From: Acidobacteriota bacterium
GTDB lineage: Bacteria > Acidobacteriota > Thermoanaerobaculia > Multivoradales > Multivoraceae
Assembly (NCBI GenBank): GCA_026708285.1
Contig: JAPOVF010000073.1
Coordinates: 16,063 to 70,048, forward strand
Reading direction: 5' to 3'
DNA: 53,986 bases
In this document: positions 18,242 to 26,275 of the stretch, piece by piece
Layout of the letters: every line of letters starts with the position of its first letter
How positions within the stretch are numbered: the stretch's first letter is position 1
Program-made: the position numbers and the translations under genes
Notes under the pieces: model-generated
Seen by the model: the letters and a program-made list of their open reading frames with translations, nothing else
Told to the model about the DNA's origin: nothing
The model's database searches: none

Positions 18242-19735
18242 ATGGCCCCGGAACTGAACCGATTCTTAAGCCCCCTCGACGCTGCCTTCCTCTACGTGGA
18301 GCGCCCCAACGCAACCATGCACATCGGTGGCTGCATGGTCTACGAAGGCGAGTTCTCCAGAGAACACGTGGTCGAGCAGGTCGCCGCCCGCATGCACCTG
18401 CTGCCCCGGTACCGGCAGCGGGTCGTGTTTCCGCCGTTCTTCGTCTCCCACCCGCTGTGGCTCGACGACCCGAACTTCGATATCGAACACCACATCGACG
18501 AAGTCTGGCTGCCAGCCGACAGCGACGAGCAGATCCTGGCGCGGGCGGCCGCCGAGGCCTACAGCGGCATGCTCGACCGCGATCGGCCGTTGTGGAAGGG
18601 GATCGTGCTGCGCGGCATTCCGGGCCATACCGCCGTGGTCTGGAAGATCCATCACGCGATGGTCGACGGTGTCTCGGGCGTCGATCTGACCATGGTGCTG
18701 AGCGACTTCTCGCCGACCGACGAGCTGCCCGAGCCGCCCGCCGAAGCCTGGTCGCCGACGCCCCTGCCCGACTCCCTGAGCCTGCTGCAGGAAGCGATGC
18801 AGCATCGCCTGGGTGAACTGAACCGGACCTGGACCGAGGCCGCCTTCGACGCCCTGCGCCCCGACGTCATGACGGAACGCACACGCGAGATGATGTCCGC
18901 CAGCAGCGCCACGCTGTCGGTCAGCGCCACTCCGGCGCCCCGTACGGTCTTCAACCGGCCGGTCGGCGGCGACCTGGGCTTCGCCTGGGCCCAGTTCGCC
19001 TTCCCGACGATGCGCGCGGTCAAGTCCAAACTGGGGGGCACTGTGAACGACATCGTGCTCACCGTGCTCGCGGGCGGCCTCGGCCGCTATCTTCGGTCGC
19101 GCGGCCAGGACACGGCCGGACTCGAACTCCGCGCCATGTGTCCCGTCAGCATGCGGCAGGAGAACGAACATGGCCAGCTTGGCAACCTGGTCTCCAACAT
19201 GATCGCTCCGCTCTTCGTCGGCGTCGACGATCCGGTAGAACGCCTCGAGAAGGAACGGGACGCGATGAACAGGCTGAAGGAAGCCGGCCAGGCCAAAGCC
19301 TTCTACCAGTTGAGTCAGTTCGGCGTCCGCGTACCGCCCCTGATGGCGGCCATGGGAGCGACGCTGCCCTTTTCCCAGACCCTCTTCAACACCGTTTCGA
19401 CGAACGTCCCAGGTCCGATGATCCCCCTCTACTTCGGACCGCACAAGCTGGTCGACTGGCTCCCGGCCGGTATCGTGTCGAACAACATCGGGCTGTTCCT
19501 CGCCATCCTGACCTACAACCAGCGCATCACTCTCGGCATCACCGTGGACTCCAGGCTGATTCCCGATCCGTGGTTCCTCACGGAGTGCCTCGAGGACGCC
19601 TATGACGAACTGCGCCAGGCCGCCGACATCGACGATGAGGAAGCGACGGGAGCCCGCTGTTTCGCCGCCGGCGCGGGCGAGGCCGAGGCCAAGGCATCAA
19701 GCCCGGAAGCCGCGCCTCTTCAGGGAGTCGCATAG
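18242..19735 (+). CDS. Wax ester synthase/diacylglycerol acyltransferase (WS/DGAT)
   Basis: LSPLDAAFL, PLW, intact HHAMVDG, GTVND, TNVPGP. Confidence 0.93.
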   Translation: MAPELNRFLSPLDAAFLYVERPNATMHIGGCMVYEGEFSREHVVEQVAARMHLLPRYRQRVVFPPFFVSHPLWLDDPNFDIEHHIDEVWLPADSDEQILARAAAEAYSGMLDRDRPLWKGIVLRGIPGHTAVVWKIHHAMVDGVSGVDLTMVLSDFSPTDELPEPPAEAWSPTPLPDSLSLLQEAMQHRLGELNRTWTEAAFDALRPDVMTERTREMMSASSATLSVSATPAPRTVFNRPVGGDLGFAWAQFAFPTMRAVKSKLGGTVNDIVLTVLAGGLGRYLRSRGQDTAGLELRAMCPVSMRQENEHGQLGNLVSNMIAPLFVGVDDPVERLEKERDAMNRLKEAGQAKAFYQLSQFGVRVPPLMAAMGATLPFSQTLFNTVSTNVPGPMIPLYFGPHKLVDWLPAGIVSNNIGLFLAILTYNQRITLGITVDSRLIPDPWFLTECLEDAYDELRQAADIDDEEATGARCFAAGAGEAEAKASSPEAAPLQGVA

Positions 19736-19751
19736 TGCGGGGAATCGTCCG

Positions 19752-20561
19752 GTGACATCGGCCCAGCGCCGCCCGACCAACCCGATCTGGAGCGTCAACC
19801 CGCGCCTGCTGCGGGACACCGTGCCGGCCGCCCTGCCGCTGTGGCTCGAGGGCTTCGCCATCGCGGAGTTCTCGGTGCTCCCGATGACGCCGACCTACCA
19901 CGGCTTCGGCGTACCGCGCGGCGATGGCGCGGCGGTCGTCGTCGTGCCGGGCTTCACCGGCACCGACGGTTACCTGGCGCCGATGCGGCGCTGGCTGGGA
20001 CGCATCGGCTACCGGCCCTATCGCTCGGACATCGGACACAACGCGGATTGCCTGGAGCGACTGGGACATCGACTGACGGCGACACTCGAAGCCGCCGCCG
20101 CACAGACGGGCCGCCGCGTCCACGTCGTCGGCCACAGCCTGGGAGGCGTGCTCGCCCGGGGCGTCGCCTGTCTGCGGACCGACCTGGTCGCCTCGGTGAC
20201 CACGATGGGAACCCCGATCAGGGGAGTCCGCTCCCACCCGCTGGTCATGCGGCTGGCGGAGGTCGTTCGCCGGCGCGCCGTCGAACGGGACGACAGCCGC
20301 GATCCCCGCTGTTTTTCGGGCGACTGCCGGTGCGACATCGTGCGTGCGGTTCAGGGTGTTTTCCCCGAGGAGATTCCACAGCTCGCGATCTACACGCGCC
20401 GTGATGGCGTCGTCGCCTGGCGTTACACGCGCCTTTACGACCCCGCGAAGAACGCGGAGGTTCCCGGAACCCACAGCGGTCTCGCCGCCAACCCCCTGGC
20501 GTACCGCCACCTGGCACGCTTCCTGAGCCGCCATCCCGCGCCGGACGAACAGGCGCGATGA
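19752..20561 (+). CDS. Alpha/beta hydrolase (lipase/esterase)
   Basis: PRGDG..VVVVPGF, GHSLGG nucleophile elbow, DGVV, GTHSGL; GTG start inferred. Confidence 0.88.
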   Translation: MTSAQRRPTNPIWSVNPRLLRDTVPAALPLWLEGFAIAEFSVLPMTPTYHGFGVPRGDGAAVVVVPGFTGTDGYLAPMRRWLGRIGYRPYRSDIGHNADCLERLGHRLTATLEAAAAQTGRRVHVVGHSLGGVLARGVACLRTDLVASVTTMGTPIRGVRSHPLVMRLAEVVRRRAVERDDSRDPRCFSGDCRCDIVRAVQGVFPEEIPQLAIYTRRDGVVAWRYTRLYDPAKNAEVPGTHSGLAANPLAYRHLARFLSRHPAPDEQAR

Positions 20562-21973
20562 CGACCGCCAACGAACTGCTCGCCGCGGACCGGGCGTTCC
20601 TCTGGAACCTGGAACGCCAGAATCCCGGTTTGCACATCGCCGGCCTGGCGCGGATCGAAGGCAGCATCGGGCGCAGCGAGGTCCTCGGGCAGGTCCAACA
20701 CCTCCGCAGGCTGCCGCGCTTCGGACTCCGTGTGGAGACCGCGCCGTTCGGGGCCCCGCGCTGGCGCGCGGCGGACTTCGATCCGGAGCAACACGTTCAC
20801 GTCGCGGTCGACGGCGACCGGAACGCGGCGTTAGGCGATGCACTCACGAAGCCTCTCGACCCTTCGCGGCCGCTCTGGGAGATTCACCTGCTGCCCGAAC
20901 ACCACGACAGCGGCGACGCGCTGCTGGTCAAGACGCACCTCGCCGCGGTGGACGGCCTGGGCACGAACGATCTGTTCGATGTCCTCTTCGACACCAGCGC
21001 CAGGAACAGCCGAGACGATCCGCCGGTGCCGCTCATGGCTGGCGACAGCGTCCACAGCACCGGGCGGCGCGCAAGCTGTTCCGGCAGGCGACTGGCCGAA
21101 TGGGTCGAGGACTGGACCGGCGCCGGACAGGATCTTGTAGACGGCGCGATGCACTTCACGTCCGAAGAGGTACGCACCGCCCTGTTGACCCTGAACGAAG
21201 CGATGCCCGACGCTGCGCTGCCCCCGCTGCCGCTGCCCTTCAACCGGGGAGGGAAAGGGCGCCGGCGCCTGATCCGGCACGAAGTCTCGTACGCCGACAT
21301 CCGCACGATCCGCAGCCGGCTCGGGGGCGCCCTCTCGGACGTCGTCCTGGCCATGGTCGGCGGCGCCCTCGAGCGCTACCTGACCGGTCGCGGCGTTCCG
21401 GTCGCGGGCCGCAACCTGAGGATCGCCCTTGCCACCGACGTTCCCGGACGCGGCGGCAAGCGGCGCAGCCTCCTCCCGATCGAAGTCCCGCTCGGACTGG
21501 GCGCCGCACACCGGTTTCGTGCCGTGCATCAGCTCGCCCGGCTGCTACGAGCGGCTCACGTTCCGGACGTTCTGGCGCGCCTTGCCCGCGTGCAGCAGCG
21601 AGGCGGTCGTCTGGCCGCGGCCGCCGCAGCAACGACCTCCCGGATCCGGCCGCCCTTCCACCTCGCGGTGGCCAACGCGACCGGTCCCCAGATCCCCGCC
21701 TTCCTGGCGGGCCGAACGGTCATCGGCTACACACCCTCCTGGCCCGTCGGCTTCGGTCAGGGGCTATCCTGCGCGTTCTTCGCCTACAACCAACTGCTGC
21801 ACGTCGGTCTCACAGTGGACGAGGGAGCCTGTCCGGACGGCGACGCACTGCCGGACCTGCTCGCCGAGTCGCTCAGCGAGCTCCGCGAAGCTGCCGGCAG
21901 CTCCCCCCGCCGGCCGGTCCGCAACCCGCCACTGGAACCGCGACCGCGTGCAGATCAGACCTTGGAGACCTAG
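20558..21973 (+). CDS. WS/DGAT paralog with degenerate active site
   Basis: DRAFL, LDPSRPLWE, HLAAVDG in place of HHxxxDG, ANATGP; ATGA-coupled to the lipase. Confidence 0.8.
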   Translation: MTTANELLAADRAFLWNLERQNPGLHIAGLARIEGSIGRSEVLGQVQHLRRLPRFGLRVETAPFGAPRWRAADFDPEQHVHVAVDGDRNAALGDALTKPLDPSRPLWEIHLLPEHHDSGDALLVKTHLAAVDGLGTNDLFDVLFDTSARNSRDDPPVPLMAGDSVHSTGRRASCSGRRLAEWVEDWTGAGQDLVDGAMHFTSEEVRTALLTLNEAMPDAALPPLPLPFNRGGKGRRRLIRHEVSYADIRTIRSRLGGALSDVVLAMVGGALERYLTGRGVPVAGRNLRIALATDVPGRGGKRRSLLPIEVPLGLGAAHRFRAVHQLARLLRAAHVPDVLARLARVQQRGGRLAAAAAATTSRIRPPFHLAVANATGPQIPAFLAGRTVIGYTPSWPVGFGQGLSCAFFAYNQLLHVGLTVDEGACPDGDALPDLLAESLSELREAAGSSPRRPVRNPPLEPRPRADQTLET

Positions 21974-22306
21974 ATGAACAGACCCATGATTCCCAAGCAG
22001 GTTCTCGACTACCAGAAGCAGGTGCTGGAGTTCCAGAAAGCGGCGTTCGAGAACGGCTACAACGCGATCGTTGCGCTGCAGGAACGGCAACTCGAACTCG
22101 CCGACCGGATGATCGACCAGGTCCCGAACCTGCCGGATGAAGCCCGTGCCCTGATGCAAACCTGGCGCGACGCCGCCGCGGAGGGTCAACAGCAGTTCAA
22201 GAACACGGTGGACGGCTCCTTCGCGGCCATCACCACCTACCTCGACCGGCTCGCCGACGGCTCCCCGGCCGAGGAACAGGCCGTCGAAACGGAGGCAGCC
22301 GAGTGA
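21974..22306 (+). CDS. Phasin-like small amphipathic helical protein
   Basis: 110 aa, Q/E/A-rich helical sequence (KQVLEFQKAAFENGYNAIVALQE...LPDEAR); starts right after the upstream stop; operon context. Confidence 0.55.
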   Translation: MNRPMIPKQVLDYQKQVLEFQKAAFENGYNAIVALQERQLELADRMIDQVPNLPDEARALMQTWRDAAAEGQQQFKNTVDGSFAAITTYLDRLADGSPAEEQAVETEAAE

Positions 22307-22872
22307 ACGACATGGCCAACGACTACCCCCGCACCGTCCGTCTGAAGGGCAAGTCCTTCGAGTTCAGGCTCCTGGGCCAGGATGACCGCGACGACATGCT
22401 TGCCTTCGCGCGCGCCCTTCCGAAGGAGGATCTCCGGTTTCTGCGCGTCGACCTGACGGATCCGAAGGTCGTCGACCACTGGATCGAGGGCGTGAGCACG
22501 GGACTCCGGATCGCCGTCCTGGCCCACGTTGACGGCCGGCTCGTGGGCTACGGCAGCCTGAACCGCCGCGAGTCTTCATGGATGCGACACCTGGGCGAGA
22601 TCCGGATCATGGTCCTGCCGGAGGTCCGGCAGGCCGGTCTCGGAGGCCACTTGGCGCACGATGTCTTCCAGCTCGCCCAGCAGATCGGACTGACCAAGAT
22701 CGTGGCCCAGATGGCCCGCGAGCAGCGCGGCGCCCGCCAGATGTTCCACAAGCTGGGCTTCTCGATCGAAGCCCTGCTCGCGGATTGGGTGATCGACCCC
22801 AACGACGCGACCCACGACCTGATCCTGATGTCCTACGACGTGACGGGTCTCGAGGCCGGGGCCGGAGCGTAG
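22303..22872 (+). CDS. GNAT family N-acetyltransferase
   Basis: HLGEIRIMVLPEVRQAGLG acetyl-CoA motif A; FHKLGF. Confidence 0.88.
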   Translation: MNDMANDYPRTVRLKGKSFEFRLLGQDDRDDMLAFARALPKEDLRFLRVDLTDPKVVDHWIEGVSTGLRIAVLAHVDGRLVGYGSLNRRESSWMRHLGEIRIMVLPEVRQAGLGGHLAHDVFQLAQQIGLTKIVAQMAREQRGARQMFHKLGFSIEALLADWVIDPNDATHDLILMSYDVTGLEAGAGA

Positions 22873-22878
22873 GCCGGA

Positions 22879-23094
22879 TCAGCTCCCCTCGGCGTCGGCG
22901 TCGGATCCGCGCCGGGCCGCCAGGCCCGGAAACCACAGTTTGAACATTTCCTGGGGGTCGGCGTACTTCAGGTTGGCGGTCAACCGATCGCGGAACCGTT
23001 CCAGCATCTCGTTCTGAATCCCCGCCACGTCGGGAAGACCGAGAAAGGCGCGCGCCTCCTCGGGTGTGCAGTCGATATCCAGTTTGATCTTCAA
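22879..23094 (-). CDS. DUF6489-like small protein
   Basis: TTG start after AAGGAG; KIKLDIDCTPEEARAFLGLPDV signature. Confidence 0.75.
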   Translation of the reverse strand: MKIKLDIDCTPEEARAFLGLPDVAGIQNEMLERFRDRLTANLKYADPQEMFKLWFPGLAARRGSDADAEGS

Positions 23095-23215
23095 GTGTGC
23101 TCCTTCGTCCGCGCTGTTTCCGGCCAACCGGCCGGCCACCGCCGGTCCTGGGAATGAGGCGCCTGCCTTGCCGCAGGCGATCGCTAGCATACGACCGACC
23201 CGGGAGGACACCGCG

Positions 23216-25009
23216 ATGAACGTGCGTTTGAGATGTGTCGGCCGAGCCGCCCTCCTGACCATCTGCCTGCTCGGCCTCGGCGGGGGGCTCCACGCGCAGA
23301 CCCCCGCCACCGTGATCCAGGGGGCACGCGTGTTCACCGGAGACTCGGTCCTCGACACCGCAACGGTCGTGATCCGCGGCGGCAAGATCGAGTCGGTCAC
23401 GACGGGTACCGACATTCCAGCGGCCGCCGGCACGGAAGCGGCGGTCGTCGACGGCGCCGGGTCGACCCTGCTACCAGGGCTCATCGACAGCCATACGCAC
23501 AACTTCGGGCCGGCGCTCGAGCAGGCGCTGAACTTCGGCGTCACGACCGTTCTGGACATGCTCACCGCCGAAGCCATGGCGGCGCAGTGGCGACGGCAGC
23601 AGGCAGCGGGGGCCGTTCCGGACCGGGCCGACGTCTTCGCCGGCGGCCCGGTCACCGTCGCTGGCGGGCACGGCACCCAGTTCGGCGTCGCGCTGCCGAC
23701 CCTGGACGACCCGGAGCAGACCGACGCCTTCATCGCTGACCGGGTGGCCGCGGGCGCCGACTTCATCAAGGTGATCTACGAAGCGGGTTCCGCCGGGCGC
23801 CCGCTTCCCACGTTCGCGGCCTCGACCCTGCCCCGGATCGTGGCCGCCGCGCACAGCCACGATCTGCTGGCTGTCTTCCACATCAGCACGGTGGAAGCGG
23901 CTGGGGAGGTCATCGACGCGGGTGCCGACGGCCTGGTCCACATGCACTTCGACCGCGCAGGAGGCGGCGAGATCGTCGAAGCGGCCCGCAACGCGGGAAT
24001 CTTCGTCGTCCCCACGCTCGCCGTGCTCGAGACGATCGCCGGCACCGCGGGCGGCGCGGATCTGGCCGCGGATCCGCTGATCGCACCCTTCCTCACGCCC
24101 GAACAGCGAGGCGGTCTGCGTCAGGATTTCGGCCGGGATCCGGACCCCGAGTTGATGGCGAACATCCTGGCCGACGTCGGCGCCCTGCACGCCGCCGGAG
24201 TGCCGATCCTGGCCGGCTCGGACGCACCGAATCCCGGAACGACCCACGGCGCGAGCATCCATCGGGAACTCGAGCTGCTCGTCCGCGCCGGTCTGACTCC
24301 GGTCGAAGCCCTGCGGGCGGCCACCGCCGGGCCTGTCGACGCGTTCGACCTGAGCGACCGCGGCCGGATCGCGGCAGGCCTCAAGGCCGACCTGATCCTG
24401 GTTCGCGGCGACGCGACCGAAGACGTGCTCGCGGCGCGCGACATCGCGGCGATCTGGAAGGACGGGACCCGCTTCGAGCGCAGGATCGCCGAACCCACGA
24501 CCGGCCGGCCCCGCCTCGAACCGACGCTGGTGACTGACTTCGAGGAGTTAGGCGCAGGCAACTTGCCCCCCAAGTGGTCGCACTCGACCGACGCCATTGC
24601 CGGCGGCAAGTCGACCGTGACGAGCGCCGCGGCGCCCCGCGACGAGGGCGGCAACGCGCTGCGGATCGAGGGCGAGATCAAGGAGGGCTTCCCGTTCCCG
24701 TGGTCCGGGGTCATGGTCCTGCTCGGTTCCCAGTTCAATGACCCGGTCGACGCCGGCAGCATCCGCGCCCTGGCCTTCGACGCCCGCGGCCAGGGCGCGA
24801 CGTATCAGGCGATGGCGTTCGCCGAAAGCCTGGGAGTACGGCCGGCGGCCGCCTCCTTCGAGGCCGGGGAGGACTGGGGCCGAATCGAGATCCCGCTGTC
24901 GTCCTTCCGTGGTCTCGATCCCTCGGGCGCCTGGGCGTTCTTCATCGGCGGTCCCGCCGATCTCGGCGCCTTCTGGCTCGAGATCGACAACGTCGAGCTG
25001 GTGGAGTAG
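23216..25009 (+). CDS. Secreted amidohydrolase with C-terminal CIA30/carbohydrate-binding-like domain
   Basis: GGGAGG SD; signal peptide; PGLIDSHTH, AGSDAPN, GRIAAGLKADL; C-terminal FWLEIDNVEL. Confidence 0.85.
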   Translation: MNVRLRCVGRAALLTICLLGLGGGLHAQTPATVIQGARVFTGDSVLDTATVVIRGGKIESVTTGTDIPAAAGTEAAVVDGAGSTLLPGLIDSHTHNFGPALEQALNFGVTTVLDMLTAEAMAAQWRRQQAAGAVPDRADVFAGGPVTVAGGHGTQFGVALPTLDDPEQTDAFIADRVAAGADFIKVIYEAGSAGRPLPTFAASTLPRIVAAAHSHDLLAVFHISTVEAAGEVIDAGADGLVHMHFDRAGGGEIVEAARNAGIFVVPTLAVLETIAGTAGGADLAADPLIAPFLTPEQRGGLRQDFGRDPDPELMANILADVGALHAAGVPILAGSDAPNPGTTHGASIHRELELLVRAGLTPVEALRAATAGPVDAFDLSDRGRIAAGLKADLILVRGDATEDVLAARDIAAIWKDGTRFERRIAEPTTGRPRLEPTLVTDFEELGAGNLPPKWSHSTDAIAGGKSTVTSAAAPRDEGGNALRIEGEIKEGFPFPWSGVMVLLGSQFNDPVDAGSIRALAFDARGQGATYQAMAFAESLGVRPAAASFEAGEDWGRIEIPLSSFRGLDPSGAWAFFIGGPADLGAFWLEIDNVELVE

Positions 25010-25022
25010 CTAAGATCGCCGG

Positions 25023-26249
25023 ATGCCTGACGGGCCCACGCCGGAACCGCGCCCCCACGGCCCGCTGCACGGCATTCGCGTTCTCGACTTCACCAGCTTC
25101 ATCGCCGGCTCCTACGGCGCCATGCTGCTCGGCGACATGGGCGCCGATGTCCTGAAGATCGAATCGCCGGGCGGCGACAATGCCCGCCACTGGGGCCCCT
25201 TCATCGGCAGCGAGAGCCGGATGTTCCAGGCGTGGAACCGGAACAAGCGCGGCATCGCCGTCAACCTGAAGACCGAGGAGGGGCGGCAGGTCGTCTACGA
25301 CCTCGTCCGGGACGCCGACGTGGCGATGGAGAACTTCCGGCCCGGAGTCGCCGCCAGGCTCGGCATCGACTACGACACGCTCAGCCGCCACAACCCCGGG
25401 CTCATCTACGCTTCCTCGAGCGCCTTCGGCGGCAGCGGACCGTACGCCCAGCGTCCCGGCTACGACCCGGTGCTCCAGTCGATGGCCGGCGCGGCGCACC
25501 TGCAGCAGCTCATGAACGGCGTCGCGGCGATCTGTCCGGTGGCGGTTTCCGACTACATGGCCGCCGTGCTCACGGTCTGTTCGATCAACGCCGCCCTCCT
25601 CCACCGCGAGCGCACTGGCGAGGGCCAGCAGATCGAGACGTCCCTGCTGCAGGCGATCATGAGCGCCCAGGCGCAGTCCTACATCCAGCCGCTCGAGGCC
25701 GAGATCACCGGGCCGCCCGGCATCTTCCCCTACCGGATGTTCGCCGCCGCCGACGGCCCCATCTTCATCGCCGCCGGCACGGACAAGTTCTGGAAGCTGT
25801 TCTGTGAAGCGATCGGCCGCGACGATCTGGCCAGCGACCCCCGCTATGCGACCAACCCCCAACGCGTCACGCAGGCCGGGAAGCTCAGCGCCGAGATCGA
25901 CCCGATCGTTGCCTCTCGGCCGGCCCACGAGTTGGAAGCCGACCTCGTGGCGGTGGGCGTTCCCTGCGCCGCCGTCCGTTCGGCCGACGAGTTCTTCGAC
26001 GATCCCCAGGTCGAGGCGATGGCGATGAGCCAGGTCGTCCGGCACCCGCAGCTCGGTAACCTGCGAATGGCGGGCGTACCGTGGCGCTTCTCCCGCTCCC
26101 CGGCGTCGATCAGGCGACCGGCTCCGGCGCTGGGCGAACACACGGACGAAGTCCTCACCGAGCTGGGCTATGACCGGGAACGGATCGCCGCCCTCCGGAC
26201 CTCCGGCGCCGTTCGTGGAGCCGAAGGCGGCGCCGCCGGCAGTTCCTAG
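25023..26249 (+). CDS. Class III CoA-transferase (CaiB/BaiF)
   Basis: PLHGIRVLD, LGDMGADVLKIE, NRNKR, ENFRPG, GYD, PALGEHT. Confidence 0.93.
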   Translation: MPDGPTPEPRPHGPLHGIRVLDFTSFIAGSYGAMLLGDMGADVLKIESPGGDNARHWGPFIGSESRMFQAWNRNKRGIAVNLKTEEGRQVVYDLVRDADVAMENFRPGVAARLGIDYDTLSRHNPGLIYASSSAFGGSGPYAQRPGYDPVLQSMAGAAHLQQLMNGVAAICPVAVSDYMAAVLTVCSINAALLHRERTGEGQQIETSLLQAIMSAQAQSYIQPLEAEITGPPGIFPYRMFAAADGPIFIAAGTDKFWKLFCEAIGRDDLASDPRYATNPQRVTQAGKLSAEIDPIVASRPAHELEADLVAVGVPCAAVRSADEFFDDPQVEAMAMSQVVRHPQLGNLRMAGVPWRFSRSPASIRRPAPALGEHTDEVLTELGYDRERIAALRTSGAVRGAEGGAAGSS

Positions 26250-26275
26250 ACCCACGACCGTTCTCCCGCCATGAC

